Assembly: GCA_977020255.1 (NCBI GenBank)
Contig: CDROCS010000122.1
Location: 310,001-374,000 of the forward strand
DNA from: Obrimoposthia wandeli
Lineage: Eukaryota
DNA length: 64,000 nucleotides
Reading direction: 5' to 3'
The notes beneath the pieces were generated by a model that saw only the letters and a program-made list of their open reading frames with translations, had not been told where the DNA came from and ran no database searches. This document shows positions 35,692 through 45,804 of the stretch, piece by piece. The translations under genes and the position numbers were made by a program. Position 1 is the stretch's first letter. Each line of letters opens with the position of its first letter.

Positions 35692-35720
35692 GGCCCGGAT
35701 TGCACCGGGCCCTTTTTTTT
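35692..35720 (+). terminator. Terminator about 100 nt downstream of ahpC
   Basis: GGCCCGG-ATTGCA-CCGGGCC-C-T8. Confidence 0.85.
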
Positions 35721-35791
35721 ATCTGCTCAAAATTGCCCTTTCAATCTCAATCATACCATCTCTAAGCCCTCTCAAAATTTATTCGCATTTA

Positions 35792-35827
35792 TCGCTGAAA
35801 CGAGCACCTTGAGGTAACTTGGGTATA
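35792..35827. repeat. Solo right end of the MITE-like element
   Basis: TCGCTGAAACGAGCACCTTGAGGTAACTTGGGTATA, one mismatch versus 548-583. Confidence 0.8.
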
Positions 35828-35870
35828 AATAGATTAAACTGCCAATACCTACCCTCGCGTTTGAATAGTA

Positions 35871-36608
35871 ATGACAATCCAACTTGAAGTTTGTATCGAC
35901 AACCTAGAATCACTTCACTATGCACAGCAAGGTGGCGCTTCCCGCATTGAATTATGTTCTTCATTAGCCCTTGGTGGTTTAACACCCAGCGCGGGTTTTA
36001 TGCAATTAGCAGCCAAACACGCCTCAATTCCTGTTTATGCCATGATTCGCCCACGCCAAGGTGATTTCTTATTCTCAAGTGATGATGTCGAAATCATGCT
36101 GGCAGATATGCATGCTGCGAAAAAAGCGCAGCTTCAAGGTGTCGTTATTGGGGTATTAACGCAAGAGGGTCATATCGATCGCGATATTCTTAACAGCCTA
36201 ATGAAAGAAGCAAATGGCTTAGGGGTAACGTTTCATCGCGCTATCGACCAATGTATTGACCCAATGGCAGCATTAGATAATATTATGGCGGCTGGCTGTG
36301 AGCGGATACTGACGTCAGGCTTACAAGCTAATGCGCTTGATGGCGTAGATATGATTGCAGATATGGTTACATATTGTGGCGATCGTTTGAGTATAATGGC
36401 GGGTGCCGGAGTAACGGCTACTAACGCAAAACACATTATCACCCATACTGGTATTCGTGAGATTCACTTGTCAGGGAAAAGCACACGCCCGAGTCATATG
36501 GTGCAATTCGCTAACCAAGCGCATATGGGCAGTGCCGATATTGATGACTTCAGTATTCCTGTTACATCGGTAGAAAAGATCTCTGCAGTAATCAACGCAA
36601 TCCGTTAG
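35871..36608 (+). CDS. cutC: CutC family protein
   Basis: [41 protein letters not shown]. Confidence 0.95.
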   Translation: MTIQLEVCIDNLESLHYAQQGGASRIELCSSLALGGLTPSAGFMQLAAKHASIPVYAMIRPRQGDFLFSSDDVEIMLADMHAAKKAQLQGVVIGVLTQEGHIDRDILNSLMKEANGLGVTFHRAIDQCIDPMAALDNIMAAGCERILTSGLQANALDGVDMIADMVTYCGDRLSIMAGAGVTATNAKHIITHTGIREIHLSGKSTRPSHMVQFANQAHMGSADIDDFSIPVTSVEKISAVINAIR

Positions 36609-36627
36609 GTTTCATACTATTTAAACG

Positions 36628-36654
36628 ATAAAGCCAGCGATATACTGGCTTTAT
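36628..36654. terminator. Bidirectional terminator between cutC and the hydrolase
   Basis: ATAAAGCCAG-CGATATA-CTGGCTTTAT. Confidence 0.75.
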
Positions 36655-36675
36655 TTTCCCTATCGATTACATACC

Positions 36676-38151
36676 TTAAAAACCACGCACTCGTTTAGCC
36701 GGATGGATATCTTCTTCAGGTGTTATACCGTTAGAATACGTCGCCGATTTCGTTTGAATAGAGCCATTACAGCTAATATTAACAACCGGTATTTCTGGGT
36801 TTAATAAGTATTGCGTCGTTGGGTTATCGATACACGTATTGCCATCAAAGCTAAAACCGTGGTCAACAAAGTTATTCACCGTAATCAGAGAGGCCAAGTT
36901 GCCAAATTGCTGATACATCGATTCTGTCCAAGCGTAAGGTGTCGCGGGATCATACTGTCCGCCGATAATCAAAATACGTTGACCAGCTAACGTTTGCTCC
37001 ATATTCTCGATATTCGCGACTGAATCTCGAGAGTTCGGCCAGTCTGCACATAATGATGCATTTTGTTCATATTGAAAATGACCAAATAACTTCGATTCTG
37101 CCATAAAACGAGGTTCAGATATTAATGCCTCATTCGTACTTATCGGACTAAGTTCATCAGTACAAATCACAGCACCAAATAGAGCATCACTTCGCGAGTA
37201 AGAAGATGAAAAAATTTCACTCATCCTTGAAATTGGTTGATTCAAAGCTGTTTGCAAATCAGTGACATCATCATCATCCAAAAAATGGAATAACTCGGTT
37301 GAAATCGAATCCCACTCTTTATCAGATTGTCGGCTAACAAGACGATTCAATGTGCTGTCAGATTGATATTTAGAAAACCAATCACCTTCAATATCAGGAT
37401 AATAGTTAAAGGCGTTAACACTTTCGACCACGGTTTCAAATTTACTCATTCTTGATGCTTTCTCTAGACGGTAATTCGCTACCGTATCAAAGCCTTTCGT
37501 ATTACCTAAACGCAATTGTAGGTAGTTTTCTGTATTTGGTGGCATCGAAGAATCAAGCACAATAGCGCGCACATGATCGGGAAACTGTTGCGCATATAGC
37601 GAACCTAAACGCGTACCATAGGAATACCCGATAAAATTCAGATAATCATCCCCAAATTTCTGACGTAATTGGTCAAGATCCTTTACCACACTATTACTGC
37701 CTACGTACTGCGCAAATGTTGCATATTCATTATCGCAATTACGGTTTTCAGCACACTGGGTAAGTTCTTCTGCATATTCACTACGACCAGACCCCCTTGG
37801 ATCCATACCAACAATATCAAATCGATTCAAAATATCATTGGGTAAACGGTTTGCAGCCATAAAGCCAGCACCATTTACTGCACTCGCACCCGGCCCTCCA
37901 AAGTTGAAAACCAAAATACCAAGGCGCTGAGACGGAATATTGGCTCGGCGAACACCATAATAGACATCAATATTGCCATCATTCAAATTACTGTAATCTT
38001 TCGGTACCGACAAAAAATCACATTCCATGTTTGATGGGCAAGTGCGTTGTGCGTCCGTGGTCGTTTTAGAAAAATTACTCCCTCCATCACCACCACCACA
38101 ACCAGCGAGTAATAAACTAACCGCAAATCCAGATATTAATCGGTACATCAA
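36676..38151 (-). CDS. Lipoprotein alpha/beta hydrolase, TAP-like (S33) peptidase
   Basis: Lipobox LAGC; NFGGPG, DPRGSG, GYSYG nucleophile, GQYDPATP Asp, VDHG His. Confidence 0.85.
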   Translation of the reverse strand: MMYRLISGFAVSLLLAGCGGGDGGSNFSKTTTDAQRTCPSNMECDFLSVPKDYSNLNDGNIDVYYGVRRANIPSQRLGILVFNFGGPGASAVNGAGFMAANRLPNDILNRFDIVGMDPRGSGRSEYAEELTQCAENRNCDNEYATFAQYVGSNSVVKDLDQLRQKFGDDYLNFIGYSYGTRLGSLYAQQFPDHVRAIVLDSSMPPNTENYLQLRLGNTKGFDTVANYRLEKASRMSKFETVVESVNAFNYYPDIEGDWFSKYQSDSTLNRLVSRQSDKEWDSISTELFHFLDDDDVTDLQTALNQPISRMSEIFSSSYSRSDALFGAVICTDELSPISTNEALISEPRFMAESKLFGHFQYEQNASLCADWPNSRDSVANIENMEQTLAGQRILIIGGQYDPATPYAWTESMYQQFGNLASLITVNNFVDHGFSFDGNTCIDNPTTQYLLNPEIPVVNISCNGSIQTKSATYSNGITPEEDIHPAKRVRGF

Positions 38152-38385
38152 AAAACCTTATTCAGTGAAGTTGAAATAACAAACCTACAATTGATAAAAA
38201 TTATCATGACGATGAAAACACATATAAAAATAAAATGATACGCCATTCAATTGCATTGCAAACAAATACTTAGCTTTAAATATCCTTTTTTTGTTACATC
38301 AATACCTAAAACTTACTGAACAACTATTCTTAAGGTTACAATTAAATAACATTTCCGCTTAAGTACGTTTTATCTGGAGTGAACA

Positions 38386-39186
38386 ATGTCCAACAATTCA
38401 GTCAATCGATTAAAGAAAAAAGACTATGAATCCGAGTTAACCAACTTGCAGATAGAACTGGTTAAACTTCAAGAATGGATAAAACACTCTGGCATGAAGG
38501 TGGTGGTTATTTTTGAAGGGCGGGATGCTGCTGGTAAAGGTGGGGTGATAAAACGTATTACAGAAAAACTCAATCCTCGTGTTTGCCGTGTGGTTGCATT
38601 GCCTCAGCCGACAGAAAAAGAAAAAACTCAATGGTATTTTCAACGCTATGTTTCTCACCTGCCTGCCGCTGGTGAAATGATATTGCTTGATCGTAGTTGG
38701 TACAACCGCGCCGGTGTCGAGAAAGTCATGGGCTTTTGTTCAGATGAAGAGTACAACGAGTTTCTTCGTTCATGCCCTGAGTTTGAACGCATGCTTAAAC
38801 GCTCTGGTATTATCTTGGTGAAGTACTGGTTTTCAGTCTCTGATGATGAGCAAGAAAAGCGCTTTTTAGAACGAATTCATACCCCAATGAAGCGTTGGAA
38901 GTTTAGCCCGATGGATTTAGAATCCCGCAATCGCTGGGCTGAATATTCAGCAGCAAAAGATGCTATGTTTGCCTATACAGACACAAAACAATGCCCTTGG
39001 TGGGTTGTCGATGCCGACAATAAAAAGAAAGCACGCATCAACTGTATCTCACACTTATTAACTCAAATTCCCTATAAAGACATTGATTACCCGACTATCT
39101 CGTTACCTAAAGTGAATAAAGAAGGCTACGTGCGTTCACCCATAGATAATCAAAGCTTTATCCCTGATTTATTCAGCCCAAAATAA
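38386..39186 (+). CDS. ppk2: Polyphosphate kinase 2 (class I-like)
   Basis: FEGRDAAGKGG Walker A, DRSWYNRAGVE, WKFSPMD lid. Confidence 0.95.
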   Translation: MSNNSVNRLKKKDYESELTNLQIELVKLQEWIKHSGMKVVVIFEGRDAAGKGGVIKRITEKLNPRVCRVVALPQPTEKEKTQWYFQRYVSHLPAAGEMILLDRSWYNRAGVEKVMGFCSDEEYNEFLRSCPEFERMLKRSGIILVKYWFSVSDDEQEKRFLERIHTPMKRWKFSPMDLESRNRWAEYSAAKDAMFAYTDTKQCPWWVVDADNKKKARINCISHLLTQIPYKDIDYPTISLPKVNKEGYVRSPIDNQSFIPDLFSPK

Positions 39187-39231
39187 GACTTAATAGCAGA
39201 GCAAGTAATGAAGATCAGTGTTGATGATAAA

Positions 39232-39942
39232 TCACTTTAAGACATTGCCAATTTCATCAGGATTGGTATGACGAACATCTTTACCCTTAACGAAATAGAT
39301 AATGTATTCACAAATGTTTTGGCAGCGATCACCAACACGCTCAATAGAACGCGCCGACCACATTACTTGTAATACATTGGGTATTGAGCGTGGATCTTCC
39401 ATCATATATGTCATCAGTTGACGAATTATCGCTTCATATTCACGATCAATGCGATCATCTTCTTGATAGACCTCAACGGCTGCTTTTACATCCATACGCG
39501 CAAAAGCATCAAGCACGTCATGCAACATTTTCACTGCATGTTGACCAAGTGATTCTAACGATACTAATAAGTTATATTGCTTATTCGTGAAGTTTTCTAG
39601 CGCCACTTTCGCAATACTTTCTGCTACATCACCGATACGCTCAAGATCGGTAATGGTTTTAATAATGGCGATAACTAACCGTAAATCACTCGCGGTTGGC
39701 TGACGTTTAGCGATAATACGCGTACACGCTTCATCAATAGCCACTTCCATCGCATTCACTTTGTGATCGTCTTTAATCACACGTTTGGCTAATTCAGCAT
39801 CTTGCTGGTGCATCGCTCTTAATGAATCAGCTAGCTGCTGTTCAACCAGCCCACCCATTGCTAATACATGCGTACGGATACTTTCTAATTCGGCATTAAA
39901 CTGACCAGAAATATGACGGCCAAGGCTTAAATTATCTAACAT
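39232..39942 (-). CDS. phoU: PhoU
   Basis: [24 protein letters not shown]. Confidence 0.97.
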   Translation of the reverse strand: MLDNLSLGRHISGQFNAELESIRTHVLAMGGLVEQQLADSLRAMHQQDAELAKRVIKDDHKVNAMEVAIDEACTRIIAKRQPTASDLRLVIAIIKTITDLERIGDVAESIAKVALENFTNKQYNLLVSLESLGQHAVKMLHDVLDAFARMDVKAAVEVYQEDDRIDREYEAIIRQLMTYMMEDPRSIPNVLQVMWSARSIERVGDRCQNICEYIIYFVKGKDVRHTNPDEIGNVLK

Positions 39943-39953
39943 ATTGCGGATCC

Positions 39954-40772
39954 TTAACCGTATCGGCCAGTAATGTAATCTTCAGTGCGTTTCTCTTTGG
40001 GGGTGGTAAAAATATCATTGGTACTAGAATATTCCACCAGCTCACCCATGTGTATAAATGCGGTTTGATCCGAAACTCGGGCAGCCTGTTGCATGTTATG
40101 AGTGACGATAATAACCGTGTATTTCGTTTTTAGATCATTAATCAATTCTTCGATCGTTAATGTCGAAATAGGGTCCAATGCCGATGTTGGTTCATCCAAT
40201 AACAAGACTTCAGGCTCAATGGCAATGGCTCGAGCAATTACCAAACGCTGCTGCTGACCGCCAGATAAACCAAAGGCATTTTCATGTAAACGATCTTTTA
40301 CTTCATCCCATAACGCCGCACCACGTAATGATTTTTCAACGGCATCATCAAGTACTCGACGCTCTTTCAGCCCTTGCAAACGCAACCCATAAACCACATT
40401 TTCATAAATCGATTTAGGGAATGGATTCGGGCGCTGAAATACCATGCCCACTCGGCGACGTAATGATGCGACATCCACTTTACTGTCATAGATGTTTTGA
40501 CCATGAAGCATGATCTTGCCATCGACACGGCAACCTTCAACTAATTCATTCATTCGATTAATACAGCGTAATAACGTCGATTTACCGCAACCTGACGGAC
40601 CAATGAATGACGTTACCTGCCCTTTCGCAATGCGCATATTAATATCAAACAGCGCTTGCGTATTACCGTAATGAAGATCGAGCCCTTCGATTGACATCGC
40701 CGTTTTGTCATCGGGTAACGAGGCTAAATCTAATGGCTCAAATAAGCCCATTGATGGATTAACTGAAAGCAT
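39954..40772 (-). CDS. pstB: Phosphate ABC ATPase PstB
   Basis: [28 protein letters not shown]. Confidence 0.97.
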   Translation of the reverse strand: MLSVNPSMGLFEPLDLASLPDDKTAMSIEGLDLHYGNTQALFDINMRIAKGQVTSFIGPSGCGKSTLLRCINRMNELVEGCRVDGKIMLHGQNIYDSKVDVASLRRRVGMVFQRPNPFPKSIYENVVYGLRLQGLKERRVLDDAVEKSLRGAALWDEVKDRLHENAFGLSGGQQQRLVIARAIAIEPEVLLLDEPTSALDPISTLTIEELINDLKTKYTVIIVTHNMQQAARVSDQTAFIHMGELVEYSSTNDIFTTPKEKRTEDYITGRYG

Positions 40773-40798
40773 GTATTTCTCGCTATTATATCAACGTA

Positions 40799-42460
40799 TT
40801 ACTGCTCTAAAGAGCGGAATTTCTCACGTAGATGATTTCGAATACCAATGGCCGTTAAATTCAAGCCGACGATAACAGTCACTAATAAAAATGAGGTGGC
40901 ATACACTAATGGACGAGCCGCTTCTACATTGGGGCTTTGAAAGCCAACATCGTAAATATGATAACCAAGGTGCATAAATTTACGATCTAAATGCACATAA
41001 GGAAAGTGACCATCAACAGGCAACGTGGGTGCCATTTTTACGACCCCCACCAGCATAAGGGGGGCAACTTCACCTGCTGCACGTGCAACCGCTAAAATTA
41101 AGCCAGTCATTATCGCAGGGCTTGCCATTGGCAATACTATTCGCCATAACGTTTCAGACTGCGTGGCTCCTAATGCCAGTGAGCCATGACGCACCGAGCT
41201 AGGAATACGCGCCAAACCTTCTTCTGTTGATACAATCACCACAGGCAAGGTTAAAATGGCTAATGTCAGTGCCGACCATAAGATGCCCGGTGTACCGAAA
41301 GTCGGCGTTGGCAGTTGTGACGAAAAGAACACATCATCGATAGTTCCCCCAACCATGTATACAAAAAAACCTAAACCAAATACACCGTATACAATAGAAG
41401 GCACACCAGCTAAGTTAATCACAGCCACACGTATAAGCTTAGTAAAACCATTTTTACCTGCATATTCATGAAGGTAAATAGCAGCCATTACGCCTAGTGG
41501 TGTCACTATAATACTCATTAGCAACACCATGAAAACCGTACCAAAAATAGCAGGAAAAACGCCACCTTCAGTATTGGCTTCACGGGGATCTTCGGTTAAA
41601 AATTTAACCACTTGATGCCCCCAGTGCGTAAGCTTACCCAAGAATGATAAATTGTTCGGATACCACATATCCAGCACTTGTATCATTGGCAACATCACTT
41701 CATTGCCATGCATATCAACGACAACTAATGCATCATTTTGCAGTTTTTCTTGCAACACAAATAGACGTTGTTCTACTTCTGAATAAGCATTTTGTAACCG
41801 TTCTATTTCTGCATCAATCGATTGTTGTGCTGATTCATCTAATGAAACCGATGAAGGATCGTTTGATAATTCATTCAAGGTTAACTTGCGTTGTTTTAAC
41901 CGCTGCTGATTTAACTGCCAATTAATATCGGCAATTTCACTGTTTTTTAGGCTGTCTAATTGGGTACGTACAAGGTTGGCTTGTAATAAGCCTTGCTCAA
42001 TATCTTCGATACCGCGACGCTGACCGCCATCAATAAAACCGATAGGATAACCGTAGAACTTACCGTTCTTATCACGATCGATAACCGCAATATTATCGGC
42101 TAAAACTTGGCGCGTGATCTGTGTTTTCAGCAACGTTATAAAATCAAGCGCGACGCGCTCTCGGTTACCCGTTTTAATTAAATAACGCGGTACGCTATTA
42201 CCGTCAATGTTAGAAACATCGATTTCTGCGTCAGCTAGCTGTTCAACTGAAATACTTTTTTGTTCGTATATTTCGCCAATAATAATTTGGTTGCTACCAT
42301 TGAGCGACACATCAAACTGATACACAGGAGCCGGCCAAAAAAAACTGAGCCCTTTCCAACCAATCAATAGCAATAAACCCAATACAGCAACCAGACTTAA
42401 ACTTACCGCTCCCGCTGTAAGCCATATCCAAGGCGAGCCTGATTTAAACCACTTAATCAT
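40799..42460 (-). CDS. pstA: Phosphate ABC permease PstA (long form)
   Basis: GGVFPAIFGT, NLAGVPSIVYG, SLALGATQ, ARAAGEVAP. Confidence 0.95.
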   Translation of the reverse strand: MIKWFKSGSPWIWLTAGAVSLSLVAVLGLLLLIGWKGLSFFWPAPVYQFDVSLNGSNQIIIGEIYEQKSISVEQLADAEIDVSNIDGNSVPRYLIKTGNRERVALDFITLLKTQITRQVLADNIAVIDRDKNGKFYGYPIGFIDGGQRRGIEDIEQGLLQANLVRTQLDSLKNSEIADINWQLNQQRLKQRKLTLNELSNDPSSVSLDESAQQSIDAEIERLQNAYSEVEQRLFVLQEKLQNDALVVVDMHGNEVMLPMIQVLDMWYPNNLSFLGKLTHWGHQVVKFLTEDPREANTEGGVFPAIFGTVFMVLLMSIIVTPLGVMAAIYLHEYAGKNGFTKLIRVAVINLAGVPSIVYGVFGLGFFVYMVGGTIDDVFFSSQLPTPTFGTPGILWSALTLAILTLPVVIVSTEEGLARIPSSVRHGSLALGATQSETLWRIVLPMASPAIMTGLILAVARAAGEVAPLMLVGVVKMAPTLPVDGHFPYVHLDRKFMHLGYHIYDVGFQSPNVEAARPLVYATSFLLVTVIVGLNLTAIGIRNHLREKFRSLEQ

Positions 42461-42548
42461 TAATCAACATATTCCATATCTCTATAACGACAGAATAAAT
42501 TCTATTTGAATCAACACACGAATACCCGTGTCATCACGCACATGGCTA

Positions 42549-44792
42549 TTACAATGAACTGTATTTTTCGCGTAAACGCTGACGAACCAATTCACCGATA
42601 GTATTAAAAATAAAGGTGAAGATAAACAAGACAAATGCGGCAAGAAATAAGACACGGTAATGTGAACTACCCACTTCAGATTCCGGCATTTCAATCGCAA
42701 TCGTTGCCGCTAATGTACGCATTCCCTGTAGAATATTCCAATCCATAATCGGGGTATTTCCCGTTGCCATCAGCACAATCATTGTTTCACCGACAGCTCG
42801 ACCTAACCCCATCATTACCGCAGAAAAAACACCCGGACTTGCCGTTAACAGCACGACTTTCGTCAGAGTTTGCCAATGCGTTGCACCCAATGCTAATGAA
42901 CCATTAGTTAAATGACCCGGCACCGAAAAAATGGCATCTTCTGCAATAGAGAAAATGGTAGGAATAACCGCAAATCCCATCGCAATACCGACCACGAGTG
43001 CATTACGCTGATCGTAACCAATACCTAATTCATTGGTGAGAAAGCCGCGCACATCACCGTCAAATAGCCATTGATCGATATACGGACTCGCCGCTATACA
43101 CCCATAACCCAATAGCACAATCACTGGCATTAGTATTACAACGTGAAAGCCATTAGGAATACGGTGTCGCCATTTACCAGGCAATACTGACCACCCCCAG
43201 CCGACCAATAAAATAGTCACTGGAAATAAAATCAAGCTCATCACAATACCCGGCAGGTACATTTCTACAATCGGGGCTAGCCACAACCCCGCTAAGAAGC
43301 CGAGAATAACCGTTGGCAGCGCTTCCATTATTTCTACCGTCGGCTTCACTACATTACGCATTCTAGATGACATAAAGTATGCAGTATAAATCGCGCCAGC
43401 TAATGCTAGCGGTATGGCAAAAAACATGGCGTATAATGCCGCTTTTAGCGTACCAAACACGATAGGCACCAAGCTCAACTTAGGTTCAAACTCATCACTG
43501 GCAGACGTTGATTGCCATACGTAATCAGGTTCTTGATACCCTTCGTACCATACTTGTTGCCACAAAGAAGCAAAACCAATTTCAGGGTGAGCGTTTTTAA
43601 CGGTATAGGTTTGCCATTGATCGCCAGAAATGGCTAACAAGCGATCTGCACGAGGAGAAATAACCAGCTTATCCGGCGCTTGCTCAAATAAATGCTCTTT
43701 GTATAACACGTTACGATCTGATGTGTAGTATGCCGACAACACGCCATCTTGCTGTACAGCAAAAAAACCTTTGCGATAGTATTCAGAAACCAGCTCTTTT
43801 ATAGGGCTAATTGAAAATTCAAAATCACGGGCTTTCACTAACGATCGTTTACCATCACGCACCACTTCAAACCATTGCGAGACAGAATTATCTGAGGCTG
43901 TAAGCAACAATGAATTTGCACCTGATAGCAACTCTATCTTTTCAATGCTGCCATTTTTATCTCTCACATTCACGACATCACGCACTTTGGCACCAGATTG
44001 GTTTATCTGCACGACGTAAATATAATGACCACTGCGTAAATAGACGGTACGTCCATCAGGCGTAACAACAATCTCATTAATATTGTGTGGTATGTCTGTA
44101 ATTTCGAATGAATGAGATTGCCAGCTAGAGGCAGCATTTAATGGACCGCTATTTAATGCATCGTATTGCCCTTGGAATGTCATGGCAACAATACGGCTAT
44201 CGGCTGTTTTACCCACAATAATTGCTTGCCTATCTCGAGATGAAATAGCGAGATCCACAATGGCTTGCCCTTGCGGATCAAGTAAAAAACGTGACTGCCC
44301 CAAAGGGTAAGAAACACTGGCTGTGCTTATACGTTTATTATCAGGAAAACTAACTTGAAAGAGAGGTTTTACAACGCTAACGTAACCACCGCTTTGCCCA
44401 TAAGCAAAAATAGCATCGCGAGGTAGACTTTGTGCAAAGCTAACGGGATTATTGGCAATAGAGTGCTGACTAATAATAGGATCGAGTGAGTCTTCAGGCT
44501 TCAAACTGACAAAAGCCAGTTCACCTTGCTTAGAGAAGCGAAAAGCGAGATCATTATTCTCTCCAACACCCACTGCAGCAACGGTATCAGGGAAAGATGC
44601 AATAGTGGTATTACGAGGCTTTACGGTGACTGACGAGAAGATCGGCAGCGTGACATAAAGCAAATAAAAGAAGATCAAAACCAAAGTAATAAGTACAGAA
44701 ATGCCACCAGCTGTTACACCAAACCGCACCAATCGGTCTCTTAAACGCCGACCACGGTTTTCTCCCAACAAAAATGCGCTGGCACTTGCCAT
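42549..44792 (-). CDS. pstC: Phosphate ABC permease PstC (long form with a large soluble domain)
   Basis: EALPTVILG, SLALGATHWQT, GRAVGETM. Confidence 0.93.
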   Translation of the reverse strand: MASASAFLLGENRGRRLRDRLVRFGVTAGGISVLITLVLIFFYLLYVTLPIFSSVTVKPRNTTIASFPDTVAAVGVGENNDLAFRFSKQGELAFVSLKPEDSLDPIISQHSIANNPVSFAQSLPRDAIFAYGQSGGYVSVVKPLFQVSFPDNKRISTASVSYPLGQSRFLLDPQGQAIVDLAISSRDRQAIIVGKTADSRIVAMTFQGQYDALNSGPLNAASSWQSHSFEITDIPHNINEIVVTPDGRTVYLRSGHYIYVVQINQSGAKVRDVVNVRDKNGSIEKIELLSGANSLLLTASDNSVSQWFEVVRDGKRSLVKARDFEFSISPIKELVSEYYRKGFFAVQQDGVLSAYYTSDRNVLYKEHLFEQAPDKLVISPRADRLLAISGDQWQTYTVKNAHPEIGFASLWQQVWYEGYQEPDYVWQSTSASDEFEPKLSLVPIVFGTLKAALYAMFFAIPLALAGAIYTAYFMSSRMRNVVKPTVEIMEALPTVILGFLAGLWLAPIVEMYLPGIVMSLILFPVTILLVGWGWSVLPGKWRHRIPNGFHVVILMPVIVLLGYGCIAASPYIDQWLFDGDVRGFLTNELGIGYDQRNALVVGIAMGFAVIPTIFSIAEDAIFSVPGHLTNGSLALGATHWQTLTKVVLLTASPGVFSAVMMGLGRAVGETMIVLMATGNTPIMDWNILQGMRTLAATIAIEMPESEVGSSHYRVLFLAAFVLFIFTFIFNTIGELVRQRLREKYSSL

Positions 44793-44822
44793 TATTACCT
44801 CTAGCCTTTTATACGTTTACTA

Positions 44823-44856
44823 ATAATATGTCTTTTAGATGACGATTTTGTGACAA
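44823..44856 (-). promoter_or_regulatory. Pho box promoter of pstCAB-phoU
   Basis: Minus strand TTGTCAC-AAAA-TCGTCAT (44856-44839), 10-nt spacer, then TATTAT. Confidence 0.85.
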
Positions 44857-45026
44857 ACGGATCCATAAAGATCATTGTAACCCCTTTCTTGAAGTCCCTA
44901 CCGATTAAAATGATATAAAGTTGCAATAAAATGTCAGTATTCTTAATCATTTATGATCCTATTCAGATTTCAAGTCATGGTTCTCGTTCGAATGTGGACA
45001 GAATCCCTCTATGCTTCAATAATTAA

Positions 45027-45104
45027 TATACCCAAGCTACCTCAAGAATCACTCCCGAAGGGCGAGTTTTGCTGAAACGAGCATCTTGAGGTAACTTGGG
45101 TATA
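45027..45104. mobile_element. 78-bp internally deleted MITE with both terminal inverted repeats
   Basis: TATACCCAAGCTACCTCAAGA...TCTTGAGGTAACTTGGGTATA, 20/21 inverted-repeat match, TA ends. Confidence 0.85.
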
Positions 45105-45171
45105 GTACTAATGTAAAAAGTTTCACTCTGCTTTTACTCATTACCCACTATCGCGAAAAAGGAAATTCGTT

Positions 45172-45684
45172 ATGAAACATCTTATCATCACCATTATCGG
45201 TAAAGATCGCTCTGGGCTTGTAGAGCTCTTATCTGACACGGTTTTCCAAAATAACGGAAATTGGTTAAGCAGCAGCCTGAGTAAACTGGCTGGTCAGTTT
45301 GCAGGTATTCTGCAAGTTGAAGTTGCTCCTGAAGACATGCCGCAATTGAGTGCAGCGTTAGCCAAAATAGATGAATTACAAATCAACATCGTAGAAGAAG
45401 CAAAAAAAGCAGCACCAGTACCGTTATTACATCAACTAACAATAACCGGCAATGATCGCCCAGGTATCGTAAAAGAAGTCACCACGCTATTGAGCCAACT
45501 TAACATCAATATCAATATCTTGGAGACAGAAACTCAAAGCGCACCTAACTGGGGATACCCCATTTTTATCGCCAACTTCCAATTAGAAATCCCTGCCAAT
45601 ATTGATCTGGATATTATTCAAGATGAACTCGAAAAATTAGCAGATGATCTGACTGTGGATATCGAAGATTACGTGCCTGCGTAA
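45172..45684 (+). CDS. Tandem ACT-domain protein (GcvR-like)
   Basis: ITIIGKDRSGLV and LTITGNDRPGIV ACT motifs. Confidence 0.85.
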   Translation: MKHLIITIIGKDRSGLVELLSDTVFQNNGNWLSSSLSKLAGQFAGILQVEVAPEDMPQLSAALAKIDELQINIVEEAKKAAPVPLLHQLTITGNDRPGIVKEVTTLLSQLNININILETETQSAPNWGYPIFIANFQLEIPANIDLDIIQDELEKLADDLTVDIEDYVPA

Positions 45685-45804
45685 GTTGTACGTACTTAAA
45701 TCGGGAGTGAAGAGTCATTCCCTATTTTTGATCAAACCTAAGTGTATTTATCTCGTAAAAAGCCGTTCGCAATGACGTCTATTAAATAATACAAAAGGAA
45801 AATA

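Noticed and set aside
40799-44792. Very long PstA and PstC with extra soluble domains
   Set aside because: Known long form in Pseudomonas/Vibrio-type pst systems
44920-44938. Possible plus-strand Pho box facing the ACT gene (GTTGCAA-TAAA-ATGTCAG)
   Set aside because: First half-site is poor and there is no -10 at the 10-nt spacing seen at pstC and phoB
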